From the NCBI GenBank assembly GCA_964291395.2, contig OZ219856.1:2112001-2176000 (forward strand): 64,000 nucleotides of DNA, in the 5' to 3' direction. The notes under the pieces were generated by a model, which was not told where the DNA came from, did not search any database, and saw nothing but the letters and a program-made list of their open reading frames with translations. This DNA is from Alphaproteobacteria bacterium. Lineage in GTDB: Bacteria > Pseudomonadota > Alphaproteobacteria > UBA2966. Of the stretch, positions 20,910-30,540 are shown piece after piece (within the stretch, counting starts at the first letter, position 1; each line of letters opens with the position of its first letter). The position numbers were made by a program, and so were the translations under genes.

Positions 20910-21692
20910 TCAGGAGACCGGCTTTCCGTCCACGACGACTTCGTCGACCTTGTCATCGTAGAAGCACAGCAGCCCCTTGATGGCGCCGCACTCGGGCAAC
21001 GGTTCCGCATAGCTCCACGCCAGGTCCTCGATCACCTCTCCGCCGATGTCCAGCGACCAGTATCCGGCCCTCCCCTTGTAGGGACAGGCCGTCGCCGACG
21101 AAGACGGAACGAGATGATCCATCATCACGTCTTCGGCCGGGATGTAGTAGCGGGTGCGAAGGCCGGTTTCGAAGAGCAGTACGGGCCGTGACGTATCCGC
21201 AAGCGTCAGCCCTTTGTGATTCACGCGGACGGACCGCGAACTCTTGAGGACGTCGATGCGCACGCAGGGATCTCTGGCGTGCACAAAGACCTCCTCGTCC
21301 TCCTCGTACCAGCGATCCACCTTGTCCCAGTAAAACGCGATGCAATCCTTGATATCCAGCGCCTCGTCGTAAGGCGTCTCGTAGCTCCACATCGCGTCGT
21401 CTTCCGACCGGTCACCGACCTTCAACGTCCAGTACGAGGCGTCTCCCTTGAACGGGCAGTAAGTCCGGCTGTCCGTGCGCTCGGCCAAGTCCATCCGGAC
21501 ATCTTCCTTCGGGAAATAGTAGACGGGAGTGTGCCGGCGTTCGCGGACGATCAACGTCCGCCTGCTGTCGGCGATCGTTTCACCGCCGAAAACGGCGCGC
21601 ACCCACTTGGGACTCAACCGGGCTTCGACGTAATGGTCGGGATGCTTCTCGTATCCCGGAGCCGGATTACCGGATGTCGCGCCCCCGGCCAT
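20910..21692 (-). CDS. Tandem DUF427 domain protein
   Basis: Two repeats, each with CP(F/Y)KG.A.YW and WSY..P. Confidence 0.88.
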   Translation of the reverse strand: MAGGATSGNPAPGYEKHPDHYVEARLSPKWVRAVFGGETIADSRRTLIVRERRHTPVYYFPKEDVRMDLAERTDSRTYCPFKGDASYWTLKVGDRSEDDAMWSYETPYDEALDIKDCIAFYWDKVDRWYEEDEEVFVHARDPCVRIDVLKSSRSVRVNHKGLTLADTSRPVLLFETGLRTRYYIPAEDVMMDHLVPSSSATACPYKGRAGYWSLDIGGEVIEDLAWSYAEPLPECGAIKGLLCFYDDKVDEVVVDGKPVS

Positions 21693-21718
21693 CGCTCCCT
21701 CCCCCGGCAGTGGATGCG

Positions 21719-22720
21719 TCAGGACTCCGTTTCCCGGACGATCATGACGGAATGGCCCGCCTTCTCCAGCACCTTGACGGCCACGCTGCCCAGGAAAAAA
21801 CGTTTCAGTGCGGACTTCCCGGTGTCCGACAGCACGATCAGCGAATAGTTCTGCCCTTGCTCGATGATCTCGTCGATCGGGTTGCCCACGGGCGTATAAC
21901 TGTCCTTGACCTCGAACCCCATGGACTCGATGAGCTCGCGCGCCTCGGCGATACTCCGTTGGGCCTCGGGCAAGCTCTCCTGGTCGAGCGCCACGGACAT
22001 CAGCGAGATGGAGCAGTGGCATCGCGCGGCGATGTTGGCGTCGATCTCGACGGTTCGCAGGGACCGTTCGGAGCCGTCGGTGCAGATCAGGTGCCCGTGT
22101 CCCTCCTCGAGTTCTCTAGCGACGAGCACCGAGCAGGGCGCGTAGAGGGCGATCTTCTCGGCGACCGCCGGATCCCAGAGCGAGAGCGGCGCGGGCGCCC
22201 AGTTCGCGGATGCGCCCAGTACGATCAGATCGTACTTGAACTGGTCCCACTGTTCGAGGATACCCGAGGCGATGTCCGAGGCGACCTTCAGCTTGAGGAC
22301 CAGCCGTTTGCCCTGGGCGTTGGTATAGACAGTCGCGTTGTCGCCCAGAGGATCGCCTTCCACGTGCCGATGTATGGTCTCCTCGTCCCAGTCCCCCTCC
22401 ATGCTGGCGAGCCGCATGAGCATGTCGCGGCCCTTCTCCAGGTGCTTGATGCCCGGAAGTTCCAGACCCCAGTTCAGCATGTTCTCGCGGGCGACACGCA
22501 CCTGCAGCCCCCCCGAGCGAAGGCCCTGATCGACCGGACGAACGTAGAGCAAGCAGATATCCGCATCGACGCCCCCGCCGAGACGCGCGGCGTAGCGCAG
22601 GCCGCGATAGGATTCTTCGGATCCATCTATGCAGACGAGGATTCGAAACCGCTTTTCCTGAGGTGCGGGCGAGGCACCGGGTCCGGCGGACTCCCCGGCG
22701 TTCGGAGTCTGCTGAGTCAT
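21719..22720 (-). CDS. Tandem universal stress protein
   Basis: RILVCIDGSEES, LICTDGSE and FFLGSVAVKVL USP motifs. Confidence 0.88.
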   Translation of the reverse strand: MTQQTPNAGESAGPGASPAPQEKRFRILVCIDGSEESYRGLRYAARLGGGVDADICLLYVRPVDQGLRSGGLQVRVARENMLNWGLELPGIKHLEKGRDMLMRLASMEGDWDEETIHRHVEGDPLGDNATVYTNAQGKRLVLKLKVASDIASGILEQWDQFKYDLIVLGASANWAPAPLSLWDPAVAEKIALYAPCSVLVARELEEGHGHLICTDGSERSLRTVEIDANIAARCHCSISLMSVALDQESLPEAQRSIAEARELIESMGFEVKDSYTPVGNPIDEIIEQGQNYSLIVLSDTGKSALKRFFLGSVAVKVLEKAGHSVMIVRETES

Positions 22721-22741
22721 CCTCTCCTCTGGTTCCCCCTG

Positions 22742-24244
22742 TCAGATGCCGACCAGAGGCCAATACACGGCTGCCGCTCCCAACATGATTATCGTGGATG
22801 CGACGACCATTTTCCAGCCGACAACGAGAAAATCGGTCGTTTTGAGGAATCCCGAGGAGTAGACGATCGTACAGGCGGGGGTTCCAACCACGGTCAGGTA
22901 GGCGAATGCGGACGAAACCGCGCAGACGAATCCGACGACGAGCGGGCTCTCGCCAGCAAGATCGGCCATGTTGAGGACGATCGGCCCGAGCACGGCGACA
23001 GCCGCGCCGTTGGACATCATGTTGGTAATACCCGTCGTGAGGACGGATACGGCCGCCCAGAGCCCGATCCCCTCGCCGCCGCCGATGGGCGCCAAAGCAT
23101 CCAGGAAGGATTGCGCCACCCAGGCGGCGGCCCCCGTATCCTTCATCTGAACGCCGAGCGAGATCGCCGCGGCGTAGAGAAGCACCACGCCCCAGTTCAC
23201 GCCGTTGTTGATGTCTTCCCAGCGCACCAGCCCCGCGATGAGAAACGCCACGGCGCCGGACACGGCGACCGTGCCCATGCCCAGATCCTGGGAGAATAAG
23301 ATCCAGCCCAGCAGCACCAGGAAGAAGAGGCCGATGCTCATCCATTCGCCCGCCTTCATCGGACCTTCTTCCGCGACCTGGGCGCGCAGCCGGACGATGG
23401 CGCGCGACAGGTCGCGATGCTCGGGCCGGAAGGTGACGAACAGGATGAACGTGACGATCGGAACCTGGATGAGGAACATGGGATACGCGTAGAGCATCCA
23501 TTTCGCGTAATCCATCAGGTAGACGAACGTCTCCGGGTTGGTCGGGTCGTAGAAGAACTCCTTCCAGTACCCGATCATGATGGCGTTGCGGGCGCCGCCC
23601 GACGGAGTCCCGATGCCCGCGACCGAGCATCCGTAGGAGATGGAAAACAGGATCACCGCGGCGAGCGAGCGCACCTTCTTGGGGTCGTCCGAGGTCAGCG
23701 TCACGAGCAGGATCCCCACGGGCAGCATCATGGCCGCGACGGTGTGCTCGCCGATGAACGACGCGAGCACGCCCGAGACGATCGAGATCCCGAAGCACAC
23801 GCGCGTCGTCTTCGTACCGGTCATACGCACGATGAGCCAGGCGATGCGCTTGTCGAGGCGCTGGCGCACCACGGCGACGGCCAACATCAACGATCCCATG
23901 ATGAACAGCACGGAGTCGTTCATCAGACTCTTGGCGACCTCGGTCGATTCGAGGCCCATGAGCAGGACCTCGCCGATGATGATGAGGAGCGCGACGCCCG
24001 GCAGGGGGATGGGTTCCGTGATGAACAGGATCGTCGCCATGATCGACATGGTCAGAACGATCTGGCCGGCACGCGTCAGCCCTTCCGGAGGATCGAAGCT
24101 CAACAGCACGAAGCCCACGAGCAACGCGATGAAGAACCACTTCTTTTCCCAGAAATAATAGAGATTTGCGCCAAGCCTCAGGTCGAAACGCGACGAAATC
24201 GACTCGACGGCAGGGGGTTCGGTTGACCCGGTTTGTGAAACCAT
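22742..24244 (-). CDS. SLC13/DASS family anion symporter
   Basis: GIGTPSGGARNA, TNMMSNGA and VGTP motifs; many TM helices; start position uncertain. Confidence 0.88.
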   Translation of the reverse strand: MVSQTGSTEPPAVESISSRFDLRLGANLYYFWEKKWFFIALLVGFVLLSFDPPEGLTRAGQIVLTMSIMATILFITEPIPLPGVALLIIIGEVLLMGLESTEVAKSLMNDSVLFIMGSLMLAVAVVRQRLDKRIAWLIVRMTGTKTTRVCFGISIVSGVLASFIGEHTVAAMMLPVGILLVTLTSDDPKKVRSLAAVILFSISYGCSVAGIGTPSGGARNAIMIGYWKEFFYDPTNPETFVYLMDYAKWMLYAYPMFLIQVPIVTFILFVTFRPEHRDLSRAIVRLRAQVAEEGPMKAGEWMSIGLFFLVLLGWILFSQDLGMGTVAVSGAVAFLIAGLVRWEDINNGVNWGVVLLYAAAISLGVQMKDTGAAAWVAQSFLDALAPIGGGEGIGLWAAVSVLTTGITNMMSNGAAVAVLGPIVLNMADLAGESPLVVGFVCAVSSAFAYLTVVGTPACTIVYSSGFLKTTDFLVVGWKMVVASTIIMLGAAAVYWPLVGI

Positions 24245-24469
24245 CTTCTCAGGGACTAGCAAGGTGTCGTGGTGTGATATACGCCGATTTTTCCGAAGCG
24301 TCTAAGAGAAAGTGGCTATCTACCGTTTCCATAGGAATAAATCCCAGGTGATGACGGCAGGACGGGATGTCGATTCCGATCCGCCCTAGCGCAGATGCCA
24401 CCGAATCGTTCACTATGCGGGCGCACGGCGGATACACGCCGACAGGACAGGGAGGACAGACGATCGACC

Positions 24470-24757
24470 ATGACCCGCGCCATCTTGCTCAACGAAAGCG
24501 ATAACGTCGCCACGCTCATCGACGACGGTTCGTCCGGAGACGACTGCCTGCTTCAAGGGGAAGGGTCCGGTTCCGTGAAGCTCGGCAGGGACATCCCCTT
24601 CGGCCACAAGGTCGCCGTCGCCGACATCGGCGTCGGAGGCGAGGTGATCAAATACGGTCAGGTAATCGGCCTGGCGACGGAAACCATTCCGACGGGACAA
24701 CACGCCCACGTCCACAACATCGAGTCGCGGCGCGGCCGCGGCGACAAGCCAGCGTAG
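24470..24757 (+). CDS. UxaA-family dehydratase/lyase small (SAF) subunit
   Basis: DNVAT, IPFGHKVA, VIKYG and HVHNIES motifs. Confidence 0.88.
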   Translation: MTRAILLNESDNVATLIDDGSSGDDCLLQGEGSGSVKLGRDIPFGHKVAVADIGVGGEVIKYGQVIGLATETIPTGQHAHVHNIESRRGRGDKPA

Positions 24758-24767
24758 GAGCGGAGCG

Positions 24768-25919
24768 ATGAACTTTCTCGGTTACGAACGTCCCGACGGA
24801 CAAGTGGGAATCCGCAACTGGATCGGCGTCATTTCCGTCATGGACAACATCAACCCGATCACGCGCGCCGTCTGCGGCGCGGTGGACGGAACCATTCCCA
24901 TCACCACGCTGTTCGTTCGCGGGCAGTTCGGCCGCGATCTCGAGATCGCCTTCGATACGTTGGGCGGCATGGGACGGAATCCGAACCTGGCAGGCGCACT
25001 GGTCATCGGTCTCGAGGAGTACAGCACGGGCCAAATCGCCGACCGTATCGCCAACACCGGCAAGCCGGTCGAGACCGTGATCCTGCAACAGACCGGCGGT
25101 TCCATCGCGGCGACGGCGGAAGGCATGGAGAAGGCAGCCGCGCTGGTCGCCGAGGCCTCGAACCTCCGGCGGAAGGACTTGCCTGCCTCCACGCTGACAC
25201 TGGGCGTGGAGTGCGGCGGCTCGGACACCACGTCCGGACTTGCCTCCAATCCCGCCATCGGACGCGCGGCCGATCGCCTCGTCGATGACGGCGGCACGGT
25301 CATCATCTCGGAAACGTCCGAATTCCTGGGCGCCGAAGACCTGTTCGCCGAACGGGCGGTGGACGACTCCGTCAAACAGGCGTTCCTGGACCGCGTGTTG
25401 GGACACGAAAAGGCGTCGATGGAGCGCGGTCTGGATATCCGGGGAGCCAACCCGGTCGCCGACAACATCAAGGGCGGCCTCAGCACCATCGAGGAAAAGG
25501 CGCTCGGCGCCATGTCGAAGGCAGGAACCCGGCCGCTCGTCGGGGTGCTCGACTATGGCGAATCGCCTGTCCACAAGGGCATGCACTTCATGGCGACACC
25601 GGCTCCGGCCGTCGAATCCATGACCGCCTTTGCCGCGTCGGGCTGTCAACTGATCGCCTTCTCCACGGGCGTCGGCAACATCATCGGCAACTACGTGTCA
25701 CCCACCATCAAGGTGTCGGGCAACCCGAAAACCGTGGCGAAAATGCCGATCAACATCGACTACGACGTCTGTCCGATCATCGAGGACGGCCGGACCATCA
25801 CCGAAGTGGGCGACGAGCTCTACGAATACATGCTGGACGTCTCGTCGGGCACGAAGGTCGCCAGCGAGATACTCAACCAGCGCGAAACCGCCATCAGCCG
25901 GTTCGAGCCTTCGATTTAG
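24768..25919 (+). CDS. UxaA-family dehydratase/lyase large subunit
   Basis: GYERPDGQVGIRN, ECGGSDTTSGLASNP, NIKGGLSTIEEKALG and FSTG motifs. Confidence 0.9.
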   Translation: MNFLGYERPDGQVGIRNWIGVISVMDNINPITRAVCGAVDGTIPITTLFVRGQFGRDLEIAFDTLGGMGRNPNLAGALVIGLEEYSTGQIADRIANTGKPVETVILQQTGGSIAATAEGMEKAAALVAEASNLRRKDLPASTLTLGVECGGSDTTSGLASNPAIGRAADRLVDDGGTVIISETSEFLGAEDLFAERAVDDSVKQAFLDRVLGHEKASMERGLDIRGANPVADNIKGGLSTIEEKALGAMSKAGTRPLVGVLDYGESPVHKGMHFMATPAPAVESMTAFAASGCQLIAFSTGVGNIIGNYVSPTIKVSGNPKTVAKMPINIDYDVCPIIEDGRTITEVGDELYEYMLDVSSGTKVASEILNQRETAISRFEPSI

Positions 25920-25940
25920 GCCGGGTCGCCGGAAAGGAAA

Positions 25941-25975
25941 CGGGCGGCGCTCCGCATTCCGCGGAGCGCCGCCCG
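25941..25975 (-). terminator. Intrinsic terminator hairpin between convergent genes
   Basis: 15-bp perfect stem cgggcggcgctccgc with 5-nt loop; followed on the minus strand by tttcctttcc. Confidence 0.8.
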
Positions 25976-26030
25976 AAACGCCGGAGCGCGCGAGACGCCC
26001 GTTACCAATCGTGGAATCCGTTCGAATCGG

Positions 26031-27119
26031 CTACTTGGCGACCGTCCGGTTCCACTTCCGGGTCCATCCCTTTACGTCGAAGGCCGACCAATCGAGCTGG
26101 TACAGATTGTCGATCTCGGACGGTTTCATCATCAGGAACGGTGTGCCCGTAGCGTCCAGCTTCAGCTTCGCCGGATCGGAGTACTTCTTCTGAATGTTCT
26201 TGTTCGGCGGTACGATGCCGTTCTTCACGTGCAGGAGTTCCTGCATCTCGTCGGAAATCAGGACGTTGAGGTAGAACTCGGCCGCCTCCTTGTTCTTGGA
26301 TCCCGCTGTAACGCCCGCATATCCGATTCCGGCGTATCCCTTCCTGTCCTTCACCGGCGGGTGGACCATGCCGACCTTCACCCCGCCGTCATTGAGCCTT
26401 ACGGCCCAGCCCGCGTGGGCGATGGTGGCGTAAACGTCGCCCGCCTTGTGGAGCTGAGTGACCGTGGTCCCCGATTTCCAGAACGAATGAACGTTGAGCT
26501 TCTTGATGAGATCGAGCCCGGGATCGATGTTGTGTTCGTCCCCTCCGGCCTCGGCGGCAAATCCCACGATCCCGCCGTACACGGCATTGACATCGATATC
26601 GGGAAACGCCACCCGGCCCGAAAGCTTGGGATGGAGCAGATCCTTGTACCTCGTCGGTCTCGGCAGCCCGAGCTCCTCGAACTTCTCGATGTCGAACAGG
26701 AAGCCTTCCTCGGTGATCCAGTTGGCGACCCTGTATTCGTTGTAAAACGCGGGACTGAGATTCTTCAGGTTCGGAACGTTCGCCGGATCGTACTTCTGAA
26801 CGAACCCGCCCTTCATGGTACCCGGCGTCGTATCGACGATCTCGATCACGTCCATCGGCGGCTCCTGCCCCCGCGCCGCGACCATTTTCGACAACAGAAG
26901 TTTGGGATTGCCGAGAACCCATTCCACCTTGCCGCCTTCGGCCTCGAACTTGGGGCAGAAGACGCTGCACAGGCGATCCTTCCAGCTCCCGCCGAAGGTG
27001 CCGACCGTGAGGGTCACGCCCTCGAACTTTCCGGCGGCGGTTGCGGAGCCCGCGCCCAGCGCCAGAACGACAGCGGCTGCCAGCGCACCCGCGGTCAGAT
27101 GTTTCAAGTGTCGTTTCAT
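26031..27119 (-). CDS. ABC substrate-binding protein (PotD/family 1-like)
   Basis: Signal peptide; FEGVTLTVGTFGG; downstream of two permeases. Confidence 0.87.
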   Translation of the reverse strand: MKRHLKHLTAGALAAAVVLALGAGSATAAGKFEGVTLTVGTFGGSWKDRLCSVFCPKFEAEGGKVEWVLGNPKLLLSKMVAARGQEPPMDVIEIVDTTPGTMKGGFVQKYDPANVPNLKNLSPAFYNEYRVANWITEEGFLFDIEKFEELGLPRPTRYKDLLHPKLSGRVAFPDIDVNAVYGGIVGFAAEAGGDEHNIDPGLDLIKKLNVHSFWKSGTTVTQLHKAGDVYATIAHAGWAVRLNDGGVKVGMVHPPVKDRKGYAGIGYAGVTAGSKNKEAAEFYLNVLISDEMQELLHVKNGIVPPNKNIQKKYSDPAKLKLDATGTPFLMMKPSEIDNLYQLDWSAFDVKGWTRKWNRTVAK

Positions 27120-27163
27120 GTCGCTCCTCCCTTTGTTGAATGCGCGTTCCCGCGGAATGCGCT

Positions 27164-28006
27164 CTACCCGTTGCCCCCGGAACGCAACAGAACGTCCAGG
27201 CCAACGATTCTCTGAATGAAGTACAGAACGACGAGAGACCCCAACAGGACGACCGTAGAGATCGCCAGCACGGCCGCGTCGAAGTCGAACTCCATTCCAT
27301 GAAAGATCTCCAGAGGCAGCGTCGTGTAGGTCGCGCTCGCGAGGAAAAGCGAGATCGGGACGTCGCCGAAGGAGACCATGAAGGCGAACAGTGCGCCGGC
27401 GTAAATGCCAGGCATGACGATGGGCAGCGTGACGCGCCGGAAGGTCGTCACGCGATCCGCGCCGAGGCTCAATGCCGCCTCTTCCAAACGAACGTCGAAT
27501 CTCTGCAGCGCCGCGCCGACCGAACCCACGACGTACGGCGTCGCCACGAAGACATGGCCCAACGCAAGGCCCGCGAACGTCCCCTGCAACCCGAAGCCGA
27601 CGGCGTCCGCAAAGAAGTAATAGGTCTGCAGGAAGGCGATGCCGATGACGATGAACGGTATCTGAAGCGGCGCGCGGAACAGTGTCGCGATCAGGGTCTT
27701 GCCGGGGAGGTTGCCGCGCACGATGCCCAGTGCCGCCGGCACTCCGAGAACGGTCCCGACGGTGGCCGCGACCGCCGCCACCGACACGCTCACCCCCAAC
27801 GCCTCCCAGAGCCGCGGCTGAATGTTCTCGTACCAGTAAAGCGTCAGGTCGCTCGGAGGGAACTGCAGGAACGCCCGGCCCGCCACCGATTTGCCGCCGT
27901 CGAACGATGCCCCGGCAACCACGATGACCGGCGCCAGCAGAAAGAGGTAGACCAGTCCCACGACCGACCCCACCAACACCTTCGGGAGGAGTTTCCGGCG
28001 CCTCAT
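27164..28006 (-). CDS. ABC permease (PotC-like)
   Basis: Start MRRRKLLPK overlaps the upstream stop; LEEAALSLGA loop. Confidence 0.9.
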   Translation of the reverse strand: MRRRKLLPKVLVGSVVGLVYLFLLAPVIVVAGASFDGGKSVAGRAFLQFPPSDLTLYWYENIQPRLWEALGVSVSVAAVAATVGTVLGVPAALGIVRGNLPGKTLIATLFRAPLQIPFIVIGIAFLQTYYFFADAVGFGLQGTFAGLALGHVFVATPYVVGSVGAALQRFDVRLEEAALSLGADRVTTFRRVTLPIVMPGIYAGALFAFMVSFGDVPISLFLASATYTTLPLEIFHGMEFDFDAAVLAISTVVLLGSLVVLYFIQRIVGLDVLLRSGGNG

Positions 28007-28860
28007 GTGATCACCAGCCTCGCCTTGCGGAACCGGTTCAACAACCAGATGGACAGGATGTTGATGAGAATGACCGAGATCAGCAGAATCGCCGACAAGG
28101 TACCGCCCATCGCGTACTCGGTATCCAGCACGATCGCCCGCTCTATGACGACGGGCAAAGTCAGGACCCTGCCGCCGCCGAGCAGCGCCGCCGACACGAA
28201 CGCCCCCATGCACAGGTTGAAGATGATCAGCGCGCTCGTCGCCACCCCGGGCAGACTCAACGGGAATACGACGCGCATGAACATGCGGTAAGGAGAGGCG
28301 CCGTGAATGAGAGCCGCCTCTTCCAGTGACCTCGGAATGGTCTGGATGACGCTGAAGAGCATGAGCACCATGAAGCCCAGCACGTAGTGCATGAGACCCA
28401 CGACGACACCGTAGACATTGCCCACGATCTTGAGCGGCTGATCCGTCAGGCCGAGCCCCATCAGCGTACGATTCAGGGGGCCGTCGCTCCCGAATATGAT
28501 GATCAAACCCAATACCTTGATCACGATGGTCACGAATGACGACACGACGATGGCCGCGAGCATGATCATGGCCAACTGCTCGGACTGCATCCGGGCGATG
28601 ACGTAGGCGACCGGATAGGCGCAGAGGAGACCGCAAATCACCACCACCGACGACACCTTGATGTTCAGGATCAGGGCGTCGAGATAAAAGGAATCGGTGA
28701 AGACCGTGACGTAGTTGCTGAAGACAAACTCGTCGCCGATCAGACCGATGCCGAGGTCCTCGAAAAAGCCCGCGCGGATAAACAGGAACTGCGTGCCGCC
28801 CAGAAGCAGAAAGCAGAAGAGCATCGGCGGCAGAAGCACGAGCGTCCAATTGGCTTTCAT
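28003..28860 (-). CDS. ABC permease (PotB-like)
   Basis: SLEEAALIHGAS loop; paralog of 4244..5098. Confidence 0.9.
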   Translation of the reverse strand: MKANWTLVLLPPMLFCFLLLGGTQFLFIRAGFFEDLGIGLIGDEFVFSNYVTVFTDSFYLDALILNIKVSSVVVICGLLCAYPVAYVIARMQSEQLAMIMLAAIVVSSFVTIVIKVLGLIIIFGSDGPLNRTLMGLGLTDQPLKIVGNVYGVVVGLMHYVLGFMVLMLFSVIQTIPRSLEEAALIHGASPYRMFMRVVFPLSLPGVATSALIIFNLCMGAFVSAALLGGGRVLTLPVVIERAIVLDTEYAMGGTLSAILLISVILINILSIWLLNRFRKARLVIT

Positions 28861-28951
28861 GCGTTACCCGGCCTCCTTTTCTCCATCTTATCCGCCACGT
28901 ACCAAACGACGCACCGCTTAAATCGCGCGCAAGGCGTCCCGATCGAACGTG

Positions 28952-30304
28952 TCAGGTTTCGGGGATTTCCGAGATCTCCCGCAACCGGGCCTCGATGTGT
29001 GAAATCCTCTCGGCGGAGGGGACCTCATGCCCCGAGAGAATGGCGTCGAGGACCCGACGCCCAACGTCCGCCAACAACTCCCGGTCGTCGACGCCGTCTT
29101 TGGGCGGCACGTACAGCACCGTGTCGTGCGACACCGTTGGAATGGGGCCGCCATCGGCGACACGACCACCCGGAAACCTGGGATGCTGCAACTTGCCTTC
29201 GATCGCTCGCGTGAACATGCGACGTATCATGGCCACTCCCACATCCGACGCGCCAAGATGCTCCATCCTATGGTTGGCGATCGGGCGTTGGCTCATTTGA
29301 GCTTCCCAGTCGCCCGGATTGCGCTGGGCCTCTTCGTACCTTCGATTACCCGTCTGGCCGACGAAATCGACGCTGTCATGTCCGCAGAGAGATTCGTCGC
29401 CCAAGTGCTCCGGATCGACGATGTCGTTGAAGTGGCGCCAGCCAAAGAACCAAGTTCCGGTATCGTCTTCCGGCACGGTCCAGCGGCTCAAGCTGACCCG
29501 CCCGAAATACTTCTCGCGATGGCCGTACTCCCAAAGGGCGCCGGTTTGGGCAAAGTTCGGAAACACCATCTCCGCGCTGCGCACCCAGATCATGCCGTCG
29601 AGCCGCCGGGCCGTGATGTAGTACGCCCCCTTGTCGGACTCGCGGAATTCGAGGGTCGGCATCTCGAGCCACGCCTCGTTGAAATGCTGCTCTCCCACGC
29701 GGCCGTGCAGGAACACCGCGTGCACGGGATCGATACCGTTCTCATGAACCTGCAACCAGTTGCAGGGCGTGTGCGTCGAATACGGCACGAGTTTGTTGCC
29801 CGGCAACTCGAACACATCGTAGACGGGAAAATCCGGCATTTCGCCGGGCGGACCCATGTAGGCAAAGATCAGGCCCTTGTACTCCATCGCCGGGTAGGCG
29901 CCGTGGACGAAACTGTCCTTCAGCTTGGAGTCGGGTGGCTCACCCGGCGTTTCCAGAATCCGGCCGTCGACGTCGAACAGCCAGCCGTGATAACAGCAAC
30001 GGATGCCGCGCTCGCTCGGGATGCCGTACTCGAGGGACGTGCCCCGGTGACTGCAGTGCCGATGGAGGACGCCCACATTGTCGGACTTGTCGCGGAAGAC
30101 GACGAGATCCTCGCCCATGATACGGACGGCAACGGGCAAGTCCCGGACCTGCGATGACAAGGCGACCGGATTCCAGTGCCGCCTGAAATATTCGCCGAGC
30201 GGCGTATCCGGCCCGGTATGCGCCAGCTCCCAGTCGTCCTCGGGCACGTTGCGTACGTGGTAGCCGCCGTAGGGCTGCCTGGTCTCGGTCGCCTGAACTG
30301 ACAT
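28952..30304 (-). CDS. Rieske oxygenase alpha subunit (phthalate 4,5-dioxygenase-like)
   Basis: HCSHRG...CCYHGW Rieske motif; ENGIDPVHAVFLH iron site. Confidence 0.9.
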   Translation of the reverse strand: MSVQATETRQPYGGYHVRNVPEDDWELAHTGPDTPLGEYFRRHWNPVALSSQVRDLPVAVRIMGEDLVVFRDKSDNVGVLHRHCSHRGTSLEYGIPSERGIRCCYHGWLFDVDGRILETPGEPPDSKLKDSFVHGAYPAMEYKGLIFAYMGPPGEMPDFPVYDVFELPGNKLVPYSTHTPCNWLQVHENGIDPVHAVFLHGRVGEQHFNEAWLEMPTLEFRESDKGAYYITARRLDGMIWVRSAEMVFPNFAQTGALWEYGHREKYFGRVSLSRWTVPEDDTGTWFFGWRHFNDIVDPEHLGDESLCGHDSVDFVGQTGNRRYEEAQRNPGDWEAQMSQRPIANHRMEHLGASDVGVAMIRRMFTRAIEGKLQHPRFPGGRVADGGPIPTVSHDTVLYVPPKDGVDDRELLADVGRRVLDAILSGHEVPSAERISHIEARLREISEIPET

Positions 30305-30388
30305 TCCCTGGTCCCCTCACTGGCGCGAGCGACGGCCCGCGCCCGGCGGTCGAGGTTCAGGCCGCGCCGGTCGGAGCCCGAACCCACT

Positions 30389-30451
30389 GGAGCATAATAC
30401 TGCTTTATGTGACTTGGGACGCGGCCCCGGTAGATATGCCCACCACCTCTC
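30389..30451. repeat. 63-bp dispersed repeat, copy A (copy B at 47438..47500)
   Basis: 54/63 identical by manual alignment; identical core ttatgtgacttgggacgcggcccc. Confidence 0.9.
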
Positions 30452-30516
30452 TTGAATGCCGTGTCAGAGTAAAGGAATGGACCCGTTCGGGCCAATAGAT
30501 ACTGATTGGTCTTTTG

Positions 30517-30531
30517 ATAAATACAAGTTAT
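30517..30531. promoter_or_regulatory. LysR-type T-N11-A box (ATAA-N7-TTAT)
   Basis: ATAA-ATACAAG-TTAT just upstream of the LysR start in a divergent promoter. Confidence 0.65.
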
Positions 30532-30540
30532 GATCACTCG

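Noticed and set aside
24470-25919. Naming the UxaA pair suyAB
   Set aside because: The motifs do not distinguish sulfolactate lyase from sugar-acid dehydratases by eye.
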